Shown in pieces: positions 28,176 through 37,760 of a DNA stretch of 64,000 nucleotides; within the stretch, counting starts at the first letter, position 1; each line of letters opens with the position of its first letter. Source of the DNA: Dehalococcoidia bacterium (GTDB taxonomy: Bacteria > Chloroflexota > Dehalococcoidia > Dehalococcoidales > RBG-16-60-22); assembly GCA_041300405.1 (NCBI GenBank), contig JBGLNK010000001.1:1418545-1482544 (forward strand), given 5' to 3'. The position numbers and the translations under genes were made by a program. The notes under the pieces are model-generated. The model was given only the letters and a program-made list of their open reading frames with translations, was not told where the DNA came from and did not search any database.

Positions 28176-29274
28176 GGTGCTCACAACAAAATTACTCCTG
28201 CTATTCAGGCTATTTTCATCCTGAATTAGCCTGTTCTCATCATTTAGGCACACTACGCCCTTGTCATTTGTAATTCTCGTCTTACCATGTACAGGTTGGC
28301 CAGGGCAAACAGACTAAATACCTGCGCCGCGTTTTTAAACAGCCCCTTGTACCTTACTTTCTGATAATGCCACAGATGCTTTACTACCAGAAAAGCGTGC
28401 TCCCCTTTGGCTCTTACCTGGCTTTGCTTGTGATTGTACTCCACATCTTCAGGAGAGAGTTGATAATGCCGGCAAGCTTTACGATTCACGCACCATTTGA
28501 TTCCCCTGTCTTCATACTCTTTTCTCTTCTTTTCACTGGTATAGGCCTTGTCACCGTAAACTGCCTTTTCCTCTCCATGCAGCAGGTCGTCCATGACTTG
28601 TGAATCGTGAACTCCAGCATCCGTGACCACGATACTGTGCGCCAGACCGGTCTTAGTATCTGTACCTACATGCGCCTTCATGCCAAAATACCATTGATTT
28701 CCCTTCTTCGTCTGTTTCATCTCTTTGTCTCTGGTGTTTTCTCGGTTCTTCGTAGACGACGGAGCGTTGATGATCGTGGCGTCAACAATCGTCCCTTCTC
28801 TTAATAGCAACCCTTTTTCTGTAAGATAACGTTGCGTCTTATCGAATATCTTCTTGGTTAGCTTATGCTTTTCCAGTAGATGCCGAAAGTGTAATATCGT
28901 GGTCTCGTCTGGTATCACATCCGCAGCAATATCAATGCCGGCAAATCGTCTCATTGACTCGCTATCATAAAGCCCGTCTTCCATCGCAGGGTCGGACAGC
29001 GCGTACCACTGCTGCATGAAATATACCCGCAGCATCATTTCCATGGGCATAGGCTGTCGGCCGTTACCAGCTTTGGGATAATATTCTTCAATGATTTGCA
29101 TTAAATCCTTCCAGGGAATCACTCGGTCCATTTCTTGAAGAAATTTTTCACGTCTGGTCTTCCTTTTCTTGTTATCATAGGCAAGGCTGGCGAATGATAA
29201 TGTATTCACCTTCAACTCCCATTCGTAGACTTGCTTCAATTATAGCTGATGGACAGGAGTTTTTCAGAGTTTCC
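28176..29274 (-). mobile_element. IS5-family insertion sequence (boundaries approximate)
   Basis: Imperfect inverted ends GGTGCTCACAACAAAATTACTCCTGCTATTCAG / rc GGAAACTCTGAAAAACTCCTGTCCATCAG; about 1.1 kb with a single transposase. Confidence 0.7.
28253..29239 (-). CDS. IS5-family DDE transposase
   Basis: 328 aa; LRVYFMQQWYALSDPAMEDGLYD..., GTIVDATII, YGDKAY blocks typical of IS5-group transposases. Confidence 0.9.
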   Translation of the reverse strand: MKQVYEWELKVNTLSFASLAYDNKKRKTRREKFLQEMDRVIPWKDLMQIIEEYYPKAGNGRQPMPMEMMLRVYFMQQWYALSDPAMEDGLYDSESMRRFAGIDIAADVIPDETTILHFRHLLEKHKLTKKIFDKTQRYLTEKGLLLREGTIVDATIINAPSSTKNRENTRDKEMKQTKKGNQWYFGMKAHVGTDTKTGLAHSIVVTDAGVHDSQVMDDLLHGEEKAVYGDKAYTSEKKRKEYEDRGIKWCVNRKACRHYQLSPEDVEYNHKQSQVRAKGEHAFLVVKHLWHYQKVRYKGLFKNAAQVFSLFALANLYMVRRELQMTRA

Positions 29275-29950
29275 TTAGATGAGTGAATACGCTACCTTGT
29301 TCACGGGCGAGATAAATTATATAATTACCACGACCTAAAAGACTCTTTCCGAGATGGAACTTGCCGCCCGGGACAAATGTGATGCAGCAAATGCAACAAC
29401 AATCTGAACTGTTTACTATGACAGCTACAAATTCAATAGATTTTGTTGGTCGAAAATAATTCGGCGAAAGTCTTGAAGAACTAAGGTAAAGGAGGATTGT
29501 TTGGATTTCGTCATCGTAAGGTCTTTTAATTCGTTGTATATCTTCCTGGATAACAGATACAAGGTTTGAGATATTTTTTACTTAAAGCACGAACAATATC
29601 ATTGATGTCTGTTGTAAGCTCTTTGTCAGCACGTTTCATCTTTACTCCAATATATGCACCCACGAGGAATCTTCTCTTTGAAATCGATGAAGCCACCTGA
29701 TATGACTTTCACAGAGTCTTTTTCTTGTCTGTTATACAGTTGAATCTCGAGTTCATTGTGAGTAGTGATTTCTCTTACTTCAATCATCTCACTGCGTAAA
29801 GCCTGTGGAAACTGGAAAGCGGCAAAGAAATCAAAGCTAAAGACCTTCAAGAGAGGCAATGGCTGGGACTGAACATTTGCAGGTTGTTGAACCGGTTTTA
29901 TGGATGAGCGCTTCTCAAAGCCTTAACTCAAATTAAGCTCTCCGGCAATA

Positions 29951-30388
29951 CTATCCTTTATCCAGCCATTCTATTTGCACATTGCAATCCGGCTTCAGTT
30001 TGCCGAACTCCGGGTCGCCCGTTACCAGGATAGCGTTCTTCAGATTGGAAAGCGCGGCAGCGTAGCAATCGGCGTAAGCTATAGAGCAACCAGCTTTTAA
30101 ATGGGCTGCCGCCAGGGCAAGTGTCTTGTCAACTTCCTCAATTTTAACAGGCAACTCATAAATACGCGCCAGGGTCTCCTGGGCTTTCTGCAGGCCTTTT
30201 TCACGCTCTACGATATACATCACCTCACCCAGGTTAACAACGCACATGAAGAGATGGCATTCCCCGGCTTCGGCGATTTCCAGCAGTTCTTGGACGCGAA
30301 CGCTTCCCGACTCTCCCTCAAGATATGCCAGAAGAGCGTAGCTGTCAAGCACATAATCCGGCACAGGGCTATTTTCCGCGTTCTTCAT
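29951..30388 (-). CDS. vapC: type II toxin VapC (PIN domain)
   Basis: 145 aa; YVLDSYALLAYL N-terminal acidic motif, conserved D near the C-terminus (VTGDPEF); overlaps the antitoxin gene by 20 nt. Confidence 0.8.
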   Translation of the reverse strand: MKNAENSPVPDYVLDSYALLAYLEGESGSVRVQELLEIAEAGECHLFMCVVNLGEVMYIVEREKGLQKAQETLARIYELPVKIEEVDKTLALAAAHLKAGCSIAYADCYAAALSNLKNAILVTGDPEFGKLKPDCNVQIEWLDKG

Positions 30389-30605
30389 CTTGCCGCCTTG
30401 ATTTTTGAAGCGCTTTGACCAGGGAAGTATCGCCTTTTAACATGCCCAGGGTATTCTTAATTGGAGCCTTGGAAGCAGGTACGATAGAGATGACACCCCC
30501 ATAGTCGATAACATGCACCCTGTCGCCCTTCTTAAGCCGGTATCGTTTCCGTAGTTCTTGAGGAATTACAATCCATCCTTTTTCAGAAAGCGTTGATGTA
30601 GTCAT
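30369..30605 (-). CDS. vapB: AbrB/MazE/SpoVT-type antitoxin (VapB)
   Basis: 78 aa; GWIVIPQELRKRYRLKKGDRV swapped-hairpin motif; GGAGGG RBS. Confidence 0.8.
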   Translation of the reverse strand: MTTSTLSEKGWIVIPQELRKRYRLKKGDRVHVIDYGGVISIVPASKAPIKNTLGMLKGDTSLVKALQKSRRQDEERGK

Positions 30606-30618
30606 TATAATTCCCTCC

Positions 30619-30650
30619 GTATATACTATCTATTAATTAGTATATACTAT
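30619..30650 (-). promoter_or_regulatory. candidate VapB operator: two direct repeats
   Basis: GTATATACTAT at 30619-30629 and 30640-30650 (21-nt period), immediately upstream of the vapB RBS. Confidence 0.5.
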
Positions 30651-30838
30651 TTCATCGTTTTTGTATACGCCATATTGTGAAATTCTTGAACATTCATGTA
30701 TTTTCCCCTCGCCTTGACTCAGATTCCCCCACTCCTTATAATTTAACTTAGTTCTGACCATGTAATCGCTGATATCCCAAATGCATTACTTTCGTTATAA
30801 TTATTGGCTAACCATCCTGTGAAGAGAGGAACAGTAAA

Positions 30839-31996
30839 TTGGACTATTTTTTAACGGAACAGCAAAAGACCATCAAAGACCTGGCGCGGCGCCTCGCCGA
30901 GGAAAGAATCCTGCCTATACGGTCGGAACTGGATGAAAAAGAAGAGTTCCCCTGGAACATCATGAAAGACCTCGCGGACGCCGATTTGTTCCGCGTTTTT
31001 GTGCCGGAAGAGTATGAAGGCCTCGGCGGCGGCTGCCTGGAGCTCTGCCTCGTGACCGAAGAATTAAGCCGGGTATGCAGCGGCGTGGCCGTGAGCTATG
31101 CGGCCAGCGCTTTAGGCGTGATGACGGTGATGGAATACGGTACGGAGGAGCAGAAAAAGAGATTCCTGCCGGATATCGCCAGCGGCAAGAAGCTCGGCGC
31201 GTTTGCCATTACCGAGCCCACCGCCGGCAGCGACGCTTCCAACATCAAGACCACGGCGGAAAAGGTGGAGGGGGGATATTTAATCAACGGCACCAAGCAG
31301 TTTATTACCAACGGCGGCGAGGCCGAAATATATACCATTATCGCCCTGACGGATAAAACCAAAGGGGCGCGCGGCGCAAGCTCCATCGTCGTGGAAAAAG
31401 GCACGCAGGGCTTTACCTTCGGCAAGAAAGAAAAGAAAATGGGCATCCGCTCCTCAGCCACGCGCGAGCTTGTCTTCAAGAACTGCCTCGTCCCGGAAAG
31501 CAACCTCATCGGCAAACCGGGACTGGGCTTCATCCAGGCGATGCGGCTTTTCGACCGCTCCCGCCCCGGCATCGGCGCGCAGGCCGTGGGGCTGTGCCAG
31601 GGCGCTTTAGAAGCAGCGACGGATTACGCGCAGGAACGCGTACAGTTCAACCAGCCGCTGATTACCCAGCCCGTCGTCCAGCAGATGCTGGCGGACATGG
31701 CCATCCAGACGGAAGCCGCCCGCGCTTTAGTCTATGCGGCGGCAAAGTACGTCGACAGCGGCGCGAAGAACGTCACCGAAACATCGGCGATGGCTAAAGT
31801 ATTTGCCTCCGATGCCGCCATGAAAGTGACCGTGGACGCGGTGCAGATATGCGGCGGCGCCGGCTATATGCGGGACTACCCGGTGGAAAAAATGATGCGC
31901 GACGCTAAAATCCTCCAGATTTACGAAGGCACCAACCAGATACTCCGCAACGCCATTGCCGTGAACCTGCGCAAGAGGAAGGCCCGCACGGCATGA
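30839..31996 (+). CDS. acyl-CoA dehydrogenase (short/medium-chain type)
   Basis: 385 aa; TEPTAGSDA, QFITNGG, YEGTNQI motifs; TTG start after AGAGAGGA. Confidence 0.9.
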   Translation: MDYFLTEQQKTIKDLARRLAEERILPIRSELDEKEEFPWNIMKDLADADLFRVFVPEEYEGLGGGCLELCLVTEELSRVCSGVAVSYAASALGVMTVMEYGTEEQKKRFLPDIASGKKLGAFAITEPTAGSDASNIKTTAEKVEGGYLINGTKQFITNGGEAEIYTIIALTDKTKGARGASSIVVEKGTQGFTFGKKEKKMGIRSSATRELVFKNCLVPESNLIGKPGLGFIQAMRLFDRSRPGIGAQAVGLCQGALEAATDYAQERVQFNQPLITQPVVQQMLADMAIQTEAARALVYAAAKYVDSGAKNVTETSAMAKVFASDAAMKVTVDAVQICGGAGYMRDYPVEKMMRDAKILQIYEGTNQILRNAIAVNLRKRKARTA

Positions 31997-32778
31997 ACAT
32001 CATCGTCTGCCTGAAGCAGGTACCCGGCACAACCGCCGTGAAAATAGACCCGCAGACCAATACGCTGGTCCGGCAGGGCATCGAGAGTATTATCAATCCC
32101 TTCGATACTTATGCCGTCGAAGAAGCAGTGAGAATCAAGGAAAAACTCGGCGGCAAGGTGACCGTTATCACGATGGGACCGCCCCAGGCGGAAACAGCGC
32201 TGCGCGAGGCCATATCCCGCGGCGCGGATGAAGCCTTGCTGCTCACCGACCGCGCCTTTGGCGGGGCCGATACCTGGGCGACGGCACGCACGCTGGCGCA
32301 AACCATTCTTAAATTAAAGCCTTACGACCTGATTATCTGCGGACGGCAGACCATCGACGGGGATACCGGGCAGGTCGGCCCGGAGATGGCGGAGATGCTG
32401 GGCATACCGTTCATCGCTTACGTCAGCCAGGTGGAAGAAATATCAAATAATAAGATCCGTGTCCGGAGGATGATTGAAGAAGGCCATGAAGTCATCGAAG
32501 CGGAACTGCCGGCGCTGATTACCGTTGCCAAGGAAATCAACCTGCCGCGACTGCCGTCGCTGCGCGGGATATCGCGCTCAAAAAGCGCCAGGATACCGGC
32601 ATGGGGCGTCGCCGAGCTCTGCATCGATGCCGCAACGGTCGGGTTATCCGGTTCGTCCACACAGGTCATTAAAATCTTCTTCCCGCAGAGGGTCAGCCAG
32701 GCGGAAATTCTCACCGGTAATCCTGAAAATCAGGTTGATAAGTTAATCGATAAACTCAAGGGCGCAAGCCTGGTCTAG
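31993..32778 (+). CDS. etfB: electron transfer flavoprotein beta subunit
   Basis: MNIIVCLKQVPGT..., DLIICGRQTIDGDTGQVGP motifs; ATGA overlap with the ACAD gene. Confidence 0.9.
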   Translation: MNIIVCLKQVPGTTAVKIDPQTNTLVRQGIESIINPFDTYAVEEAVRIKEKLGGKVTVITMGPPQAETALREAISRGADEALLLTDRAFGGADTWATARTLAQTILKLKPYDLIICGRQTIDGDTGQVGPEMAEMLGIPFIAYVSQVEEISNNKIRVRRMIEEGHEVIEAELPALITVAKEINLPRLPSLRGISRSKSARIPAWGVAELCIDAATVGLSGSSTQVIKIFFPQRVSQAEILTGNPENQVDKLIDKLKGASLV

Positions 32779-32790
32779 ACTTGGAGTAGT

Positions 32791-33528
32791 ATGACCGTTA
32801 CCTGGATACTATTAATCGTCATCGGCTATTTTTTCGGGTCGATACCGCTTTCTTACATTTTAGGTAAAAGGCGCGGGGTAGACCTGAGTAAACAGGGCAC
32901 GCACCAGGTAGGGGCCGGCAACCTCTGGAGGATTACATCCCGCAAGCTCGGCTTCATGGTAGGTTTTTATGATTTCCTCAAAGGCATGGCCATGCTGATT
33001 GTTGCCTGGCAACTTGGACTCGATGCCGGGCAGCAGCTCGTCGTCGGGCTGGCGGTTATCGTCGGTCATAACTGGCCGGTCTTCTTAGCCTTCCACGGCG
33101 GCCGCGGTATCGCCACATTGCTGGGGCTGGTGGTAATCCTCCCGATTTTAAACGATATTTCTCCCTGGCCTTCCGTAATTGGCATAGCTATTACTCTAAT
33201 CCTGACCGTCATTTACCGCAGTTCACCGCTGCCGGTGCTCATAAGCGTCATTTCACTGCCGCTGACCAGTGGGCTATTCGGCAGCCCGATGGGTGTGTAT
33301 TCGGCTTATGTGGCGATTCTACTGGTGGTAATCATTAAGCGCCTGACCGCCCAGCCGGCGCCGGAGAAACTGCCGATAAGCCGGGGACGACTGATAGTTA
33401 ACCGCCTGTTCTTCGACCGCGATATCGCCGACAAACATGCCTGGCTGCACCGCCCGCACTTTAACGAGAAGGAAATCCTGGAATATCCGGCAGACGAAGA
33501 AGAATCGGAAGCAGGTCTTAAGCGCTAA
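32791..33528 (+). CDS. plsY: glycerol-3-phosphate acyltransferase PlsY family, with C-terminal extension
   Basis: GYFFGSIPLSYILGK, GAGNLWR, VIVGHNWPVFLAFHGGRG motifs. Confidence 0.75.
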   Translation: MTVTWILLIVIGYFFGSIPLSYILGKRRGVDLSKQGTHQVGAGNLWRITSRKLGFMVGFYDFLKGMAMLIVAWQLGLDAGQQLVVGLAVIVGHNWPVFLAFHGGRGIATLLGLVVILPILNDISPWPSVIGIAITLILTVIYRSSPLPVLISVISLPLTSGLFGSPMGVYSAYVAILLVVIIKRLTAQPAPEKLPISRGRLIVNRLFFDRDIADKHAWLHRPHFNEKEILEYPADEEESEAGLKR

Positions 33529-33529
33529 C

Positions 33530-34030
33530 ATGCCGCAATGTGCCGCTCATCCCGAAGTTGAGACCAATCTCCGATGCGGGAGTTGCGGCAAATCGATATG
33601 CCCGAAATGCCTTGTGGAAACACCTGTAGGCGCAAAATGCCGTGATTGCGCCGGTATCAAACGCCTGCCGACATTTAAAGTCACCGGCCGGTATTATCTC
33701 AGGGCGGCGGTTACGGCCTTTGGGCTCGCCATTGCCCTCGGTTTATTACTGGGATTCATTGCCAGTTACCTGTCGTTTAATTTTTTCCGGCTTCTCCTGG
33801 CACTGGGCGTCGGCTGGGTCATCGGGGAACTTGTCAGCCGCGCCGCAAACCGGAAACGGAGCGGATGGCTGGCGGCGATAGGCAGCGGAGCGGTTATTCT
33901 GTGCTATGTTATTGTATACCTGGTAGATTTCTACCGCTATGGATATTTCGATTGGGCCATATACCGTACAATTTTTAACGTCCTCGCCGTTGGAATAGCC
34001 GTGTATTACTCGACCAGATACCTGCGTTGA
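33530..34030 (+). CDS. B-box-type zinc-ribbon membrane protein
   Basis: CAAHPEVETNLRCGSCGKSICPKCL..CRDC then 3-4 TM helices; start moved to ATG 33530 (the track start overlaps plsY). Confidence 0.6.
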   Translation: MPQCAAHPEVETNLRCGSCGKSICPKCLVETPVGAKCRDCAGIKRLPTFKVTGRYYLRAAVTAFGLAIALGLLLGFIASYLSFNFFRLLLALGVGWVIGELVSRAANRKRSGWLAAIGSGAVILCYVIVYLVDFYRYGYFDWAIYRTIFNVLAVGIAVYYSTRYLR

Positions 34031-34033
34031 GCC

Positions 34034-34183
34034 TTACAGGCTCAAGCCCACGCAAACATCCAACAAAGCTGTTTTACCCGCGGCAACCTGCTTTAATCCA
34101 CGCTTCAGGGCGGCTTCGATTTTCCCCGGCTCGTCCAGCTTTTCACCGTAAGCGCCGAAGGCTTCCGCCACTTTCACGTAGCC
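34034..34183 (-). pseudogene. 3'-terminal fragment of a thiamine-diphosphate enzyme (acetolactate synthase-like)
   Basis: Translates YVKVAEAFGAYGEKLDEPGKIEAALKRGLKQVAAGKTALLDVCV..*, the typical C-terminal block of ALS-type TPP enzymes; nothing upstream of it. Confidence 0.65.
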
Positions 34184-34434
34184 AATCCTGTTTCAACAAC
34201 CTCCATATCAGGATAGCGCAGGACGACTACCGCGGCGGCGCCGGTTTTAGTGAACCTGTTTACAGAGACATCCGCACCAGCCACGTACTTCGGTTTAAAT
34301 ACTTTCCCAACTCTAGATACTTGCGACGCTAATTCAAGTTGGATTTCCCGCGCCTGCGCAGTATTTACATTCCAATCATACCGTCCGGCTATTTTCATAA
34401 CCTGATTATAGACGCAGAGGATAAGGCAGGGCAA
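34174..34434 (-). pseudogene. nfi: 5' fragment of endonuclease V
   Basis: AREIQLELASQV...YVAGADVS...AAAVVVLRYPDMEVVE aligns with the first ~85 aa of Nfi; the catalytic remainder is absent. Confidence 0.65.
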
Positions 34435-34552
34435 ACAGAATATTTACGTATGGTTGATCAACTCACTTTAGCCGGTGACGGGAAAGAAGCAAGGGAAAAA
34501 CTTGTCAAAAGACTAAATAAATATACTATCTTTACGATATTAACCGCTACCA

Positions 34553-34581
34553 TTGACAGCTTTATTGATATAGTGCATAAT
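34553..34581 (+). promoter_or_regulatory. sigma70-type promoter of rpsP
   Basis: TTGACA (34553-34558), 17 nt, CATAAT (34576-34581). Confidence 0.55.
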
Positions 34582-34622
34582 AAGGAACGTAAAACTCTAT
34601 TGTACTAGAAGGACAGGTGTGC

Positions 34623-34898
34623 ATGCTTAGAATAAGATTACGCCGCGTGGGCGGCAGAGGACAAGCCAGTTACAGGATAGTAGTAATTGATAAACGGAAT
34701 GCGCGTGACGGCGCATTTGTCGAAATCATCGGTAATTATAACCCCCGTACTAACCCGGAAACAGTAGCCATTAAAGAAGAACAGGCACTGCACTGGTTAA
34801 GCAAAGGCGCTCAACCGACTCTTACCACTGCCAGACTGTTGGGCAAGGCAGGTATTCTGGAAAAGTACAAACTTGTCAAGGAGAAACCGAAAGCATGA
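34623..34898 (+). CDS. rpsP: 30S ribosomal protein S16
   Basis: MLRIRLRRVGGRGQASYRIVV.. canonical S16 N-terminus. Confidence 0.95.
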   Translation: MLRIRLRRVGGRGQASYRIVVIDKRNARDGAFVEIIGNYNPRTNPETVAIKEEQALHWLSKGAQPTLTTARLLGKAGILEKYKLVKEKPKA

Positions 34899-35122
34899 AA
34901 GCACTAGTAGAGTACATCGCCAAGTCTATTGTCAATGAACCGGATGCAGTCAAAGTAGACGAGGAAACCAACGAGGAAGGCATTACGCTGAAGTTGAGCG
35001 TGGCAGATGATGACAAGGGAAGAATCATCGGCAAGCAGGGCCAGATAGCCCAGGCTATGCGGACATTACTCCGTGTCAAAGCGGCCAAGGCCTCGACCAG
35101 AGTCAGACTGGAAATAATATAG
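34895..35122 (+). CDS. KH-domain RNA-binding protein (YlqC/UPF0109)
   Basis: 75 aa, GRIIGKQGQIAQAMRTLL KH motif, ATGA overlap with rpsP. Confidence 0.85.
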   Translation: MKALVEYIAKSIVNEPDAVKVDEETNEEGITLKLSVADDDKGRIIGKQGQIAQAMRTLLRVKAAKASTRVRLEII

Positions 35123-35247
35123 TATTTATAGTAATCCCCAGCCAGCGACCTTACCAGAAATGGGGAGGAAACAAATCCCTCACCTGTTTGTAGTACTTGC
35201 ATCCTGAAGACAGGGTGTAGAAGATAAAATAGCATTGGAAAAATATA

Positions 35248-35279
35248 AAAGCCCCGAATGACATCGGGGCTTTATTTTT
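35248..35279 (+). terminator. rho-independent terminator
   Basis: AAAGCCCCGA-ATGACA-TCGGGGCTTT followed by ATTTTT. Confidence 0.75.
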
Positions 35280-35312
35280 CTCCCGAATACTCATAAAGCA
35301 AAAGGGGACGTC

Positions 35313-36206
35313 ATGGCAGATATGGTATACGGCGGCATCGAGGCAGGAGGAACGAAGTTCGTTTGCGCTATCGGCACGGGACCGGATTCACTTGTAAAAA
35401 CTCAGTTTACGACAACTACCCCTGACGAGACCATCGGAAGGGCAATCGAATTTTTCAAAGAACATTCCCGTGTGAAGGCGCCGGCGGCAATCGGCATCGC
35501 TTCTTTCGGTCCCCTCGACCTCGATAAAAAATCCCCGGCCTACGGTTATATTACCTCCACCCCAAAGGACGGGTGGTCGAATACCAATTTCATCGGGAAG
35601 GTGCAAAGCCGGCTCAACATTCCGGCCGTCATAGATACCGATGTCAACGGGGCTGCCCTGGGTGAACACGCCTGGGGGAACGCAAAGGGGCTCGATACCT
35701 TTATTTATCTTACGGCGGGGACGGGGTTTGGCGGCGGCGGTATGGTAAACGGCAGGCTGATGCACGGGCTGATACACCCGGAAATGGGACACATACGAAT
35801 TCCTCACGACCGGCAAAAAGACCCGTATCAGGGCAGTTGCCCTTACCACGGGGATTGTCTGGAAGGGCTGGCATGCGGTAAAGCGATGGAACTCCGCTGG
35901 GGTCAGCCGCCGGAAAAGCTCCCTGCTAATCATCCTGCCTGGGATCTCGAGGCAGACTATCTCGCGCTGGCGATTAACAACTTTATATGCACGCTTTCTC
36001 CGCAGCGCGTCATCGTGGGCGGCGGCCTGTTAAAAAACCCGGAACTCTTGCCGTCGATTCGCCGCAAGGTTATCCAGAATTTAAATGGGTATATCCGTTC
36101 TGAAGCTATACTGGAGGATATCGAAAGTTATATTGTCCCCCCGGCGCTGGGCGACTTGGCCGGGGTAATCGGCGCGATGGAGCTAGCGAAGAGAATTAAT
36201 TGTTGA
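35313..36206 (+). CDS. ROK family sugar kinase (fructokinase-like)
   Basis: YGGIEAGGTKFVCAIG N-terminus, GHIRIPHD and CPYHGDCLEGLACG zinc motif. Confidence 0.8.
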   Translation: MADMVYGGIEAGGTKFVCAIGTGPDSLVKTQFTTTTPDETIGRAIEFFKEHSRVKAPAAIGIASFGPLDLDKKSPAYGYITSTPKDGWSNTNFIGKVQSRLNIPAVIDTDVNGAALGEHAWGNAKGLDTFIYLTAGTGFGGGGMVNGRLMHGLIHPEMGHIRIPHDRQKDPYQGSCPYHGDCLEGLACGKAMELRWGQPPEKLPANHPAWDLEADYLALAINNFICTLSPQRVIVGGGLLKNPELLPSIRRKVIQNLNGYIRSEAILEDIESYIVPPALGDLAGVIGAMELAKRINC

Positions 36207-36276
36207 ACCCATTCCTTACCCCAAACTACAAATTACGCACACTCGCCCACACTCTTAACTTACCCTGCCTCCACCC

Positions 36277-36302
36277 GTCATTCCCGCGAAAGCGGGAATC
36301 CA
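36277..36302. repeat. GTCATTCC-family hairpin
   Basis: GTCATTCCCGCGAAAGCGGGAATCCA. Confidence 0.75.
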
Positions 36303-36374
36303 GAAATTAGGCGTAATATAGTAGTATTCTTGTTAGTTAATAGAAAATACTTAGTCCCCCGGGTATATGCTTTT

Positions 36375-37760
36375 TTACGCGCGGGTTTTACCCCTGGCTA
36401 TCGACGCGAAGATTCCCCCGAAACAAAGAACAGAACAGATGATGAACATGATTTTCATGGATTTCAGGAACATATCATAATACTCGGGTGTAATTTGAAC
36501 CCTTCCGATAAAAATTGAGAATAACAGCAGGGAAATACCCATGCTGAACATCTGCCCGGTAAGCCTCATCGTCGCAAGCGTGCTGGAAGCGACTCCATAA
36601 GTCCTTTTTTCTACTGAACCCATGATGGCATTGGAATTGGGCGATGAGAAAAAACCATAGCCGATACCCAGGACTAATAAACTTATTATTATATAGGGTA
36701 CCCCGCTAGTGTTATTCAAAAATGTCAGTCCGATAAGTCCCAGGGTTGTCAGCGTCATGCCGGCGGATGCCAGTATCCGGGGCTCGATTCTATCCGAAAG
36801 CGTGCCCGCTATCGGCGAGAAAACAGCCATCATCACCGGTTGCGCTATAAGTATCAGCCCGGCTATTTCCGGAGAAAATCCCTTGATATATTGCAGGTAG
36901 AGCGAAAGCAGGAACCCGACGGCGGAGGTTGCGCTGTAGTGTATCAGGGTAGCCAGGCTGGAAAAAGCGAAAACGGTATTCTTTCTGAAGAGGTCCATGT
37001 TCATTACCGGATATTTGACCCGGGATTCCCATTTTACGAATCCCGCCAGCGCGACTAGTCCCAATAGTATTAGCCATAAACCCCATAGCTCCGGGAGCAC
37101 GGAGAAGGCGTACATTATTGCTACCAGACCGATGCAGTAAATCACCGAGCCGGTGAAATCGATTTTCTCTCCCTTTGAACCCGCCCATTCGCCGCGCAAT
37201 TTCCAGATTACCATGGTAATGATTACGATGCATAACAGCGAGTTGAGGATGAAGATACTCCTCCAGCCGAACTGCCCGATGAGCAGTCCGCCGACCAGCG
37301 GCCCGACGGATAGTCCCACATAGACTGAAGCCGTATTTATGCCGAGCGCTTTTCCTCTTTCGTTCGCCGGGTAAACGGAAGTTAGAATGGCTACCCCGGT
37401 GCCGAATGTCAGGGCGTTGCTAACCCCGAAGATAACCTGGTAGAAAATCAGCTGGGCGCCTGAAGTGGCTGTCGAGCAAAGCAGCGTGGCTATCGCGTTA
37501 ACGATGATGCCGATGAGGAAGATTTTTTTCCGTCCGTAGATATCCGCTATCCGCCCGAAAGGCACCAGCAAGGCCGCCGCCGCGAGCAGCCCGGCCGTCG
37601 TGACCCAGTTCAATACTATTGCGTTTAAAGAGAGGTCCTTCCCGATAGAGGGAAGCGCGATAGTAACGGATGAAAAAGTTAAAGGAGAGAGGAAAGAACT
37701 CATACCGGCGATTAAAGTAACTGCTCTCTTGCTGATTCCGGTCACCTGGACGTTATTCAT
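36375..37760 (-). CDS. MFS transporter (14-TMS, DHA2/EmrB-like)
   Basis: 461 aa, about 14 hydrophobic segments, GRIADIYGRKK motif A. Confidence 0.8.
   Translation of the reverse strand: MNNVQVTGISKRAVTLIAGMSSFLSPLTFSSVTIALPSIGKDLSLNAIVLNWVTTAGLLAAAALLVPFGRIADIYGRKKIFLIGIIVNAIATLLCSTATSGAQLIFYQVIFGVSNALTFGTGVAILTSVYPANERGKALGINTASVYVGLSVGPLVGGLLIGQFGWRSIFILNSLLCIVIITMVIWKLRGEWAGSKGEKIDFTGSVIYCIGLVAIMYAFSVLPELWGLWLILLGLVALAGFVKWESRVKYPVMNMDLFRKNTVFAFSSLATLIHYSATSAVGFLLSLYLQYIKGFSPEIAGLILIAQPVMMAVFSPIAGTLSDRIEPRILASAGMTLTTLGLIGLTFLNNTSGVPYIIISLLVLGIGYGFFSSPNSNAIMGSVEKRTYGVASSTLATMRLTGQMFSMGISLLLFSIFIGRVQITPEYYDMFLKSMKIMFIICSVLCFGGIFASIARGKTRA

Noticed and set aside
33437-33529. Upstream extension of the zinc-ribbon membrane protein (track start 33437)
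   Set aside because: It overlaps the plsY C-terminus in another frame and is Arg/Lys-rich. ATG 33530, right after the plsY stop, gives the conserved Cys-rich N-terminus.
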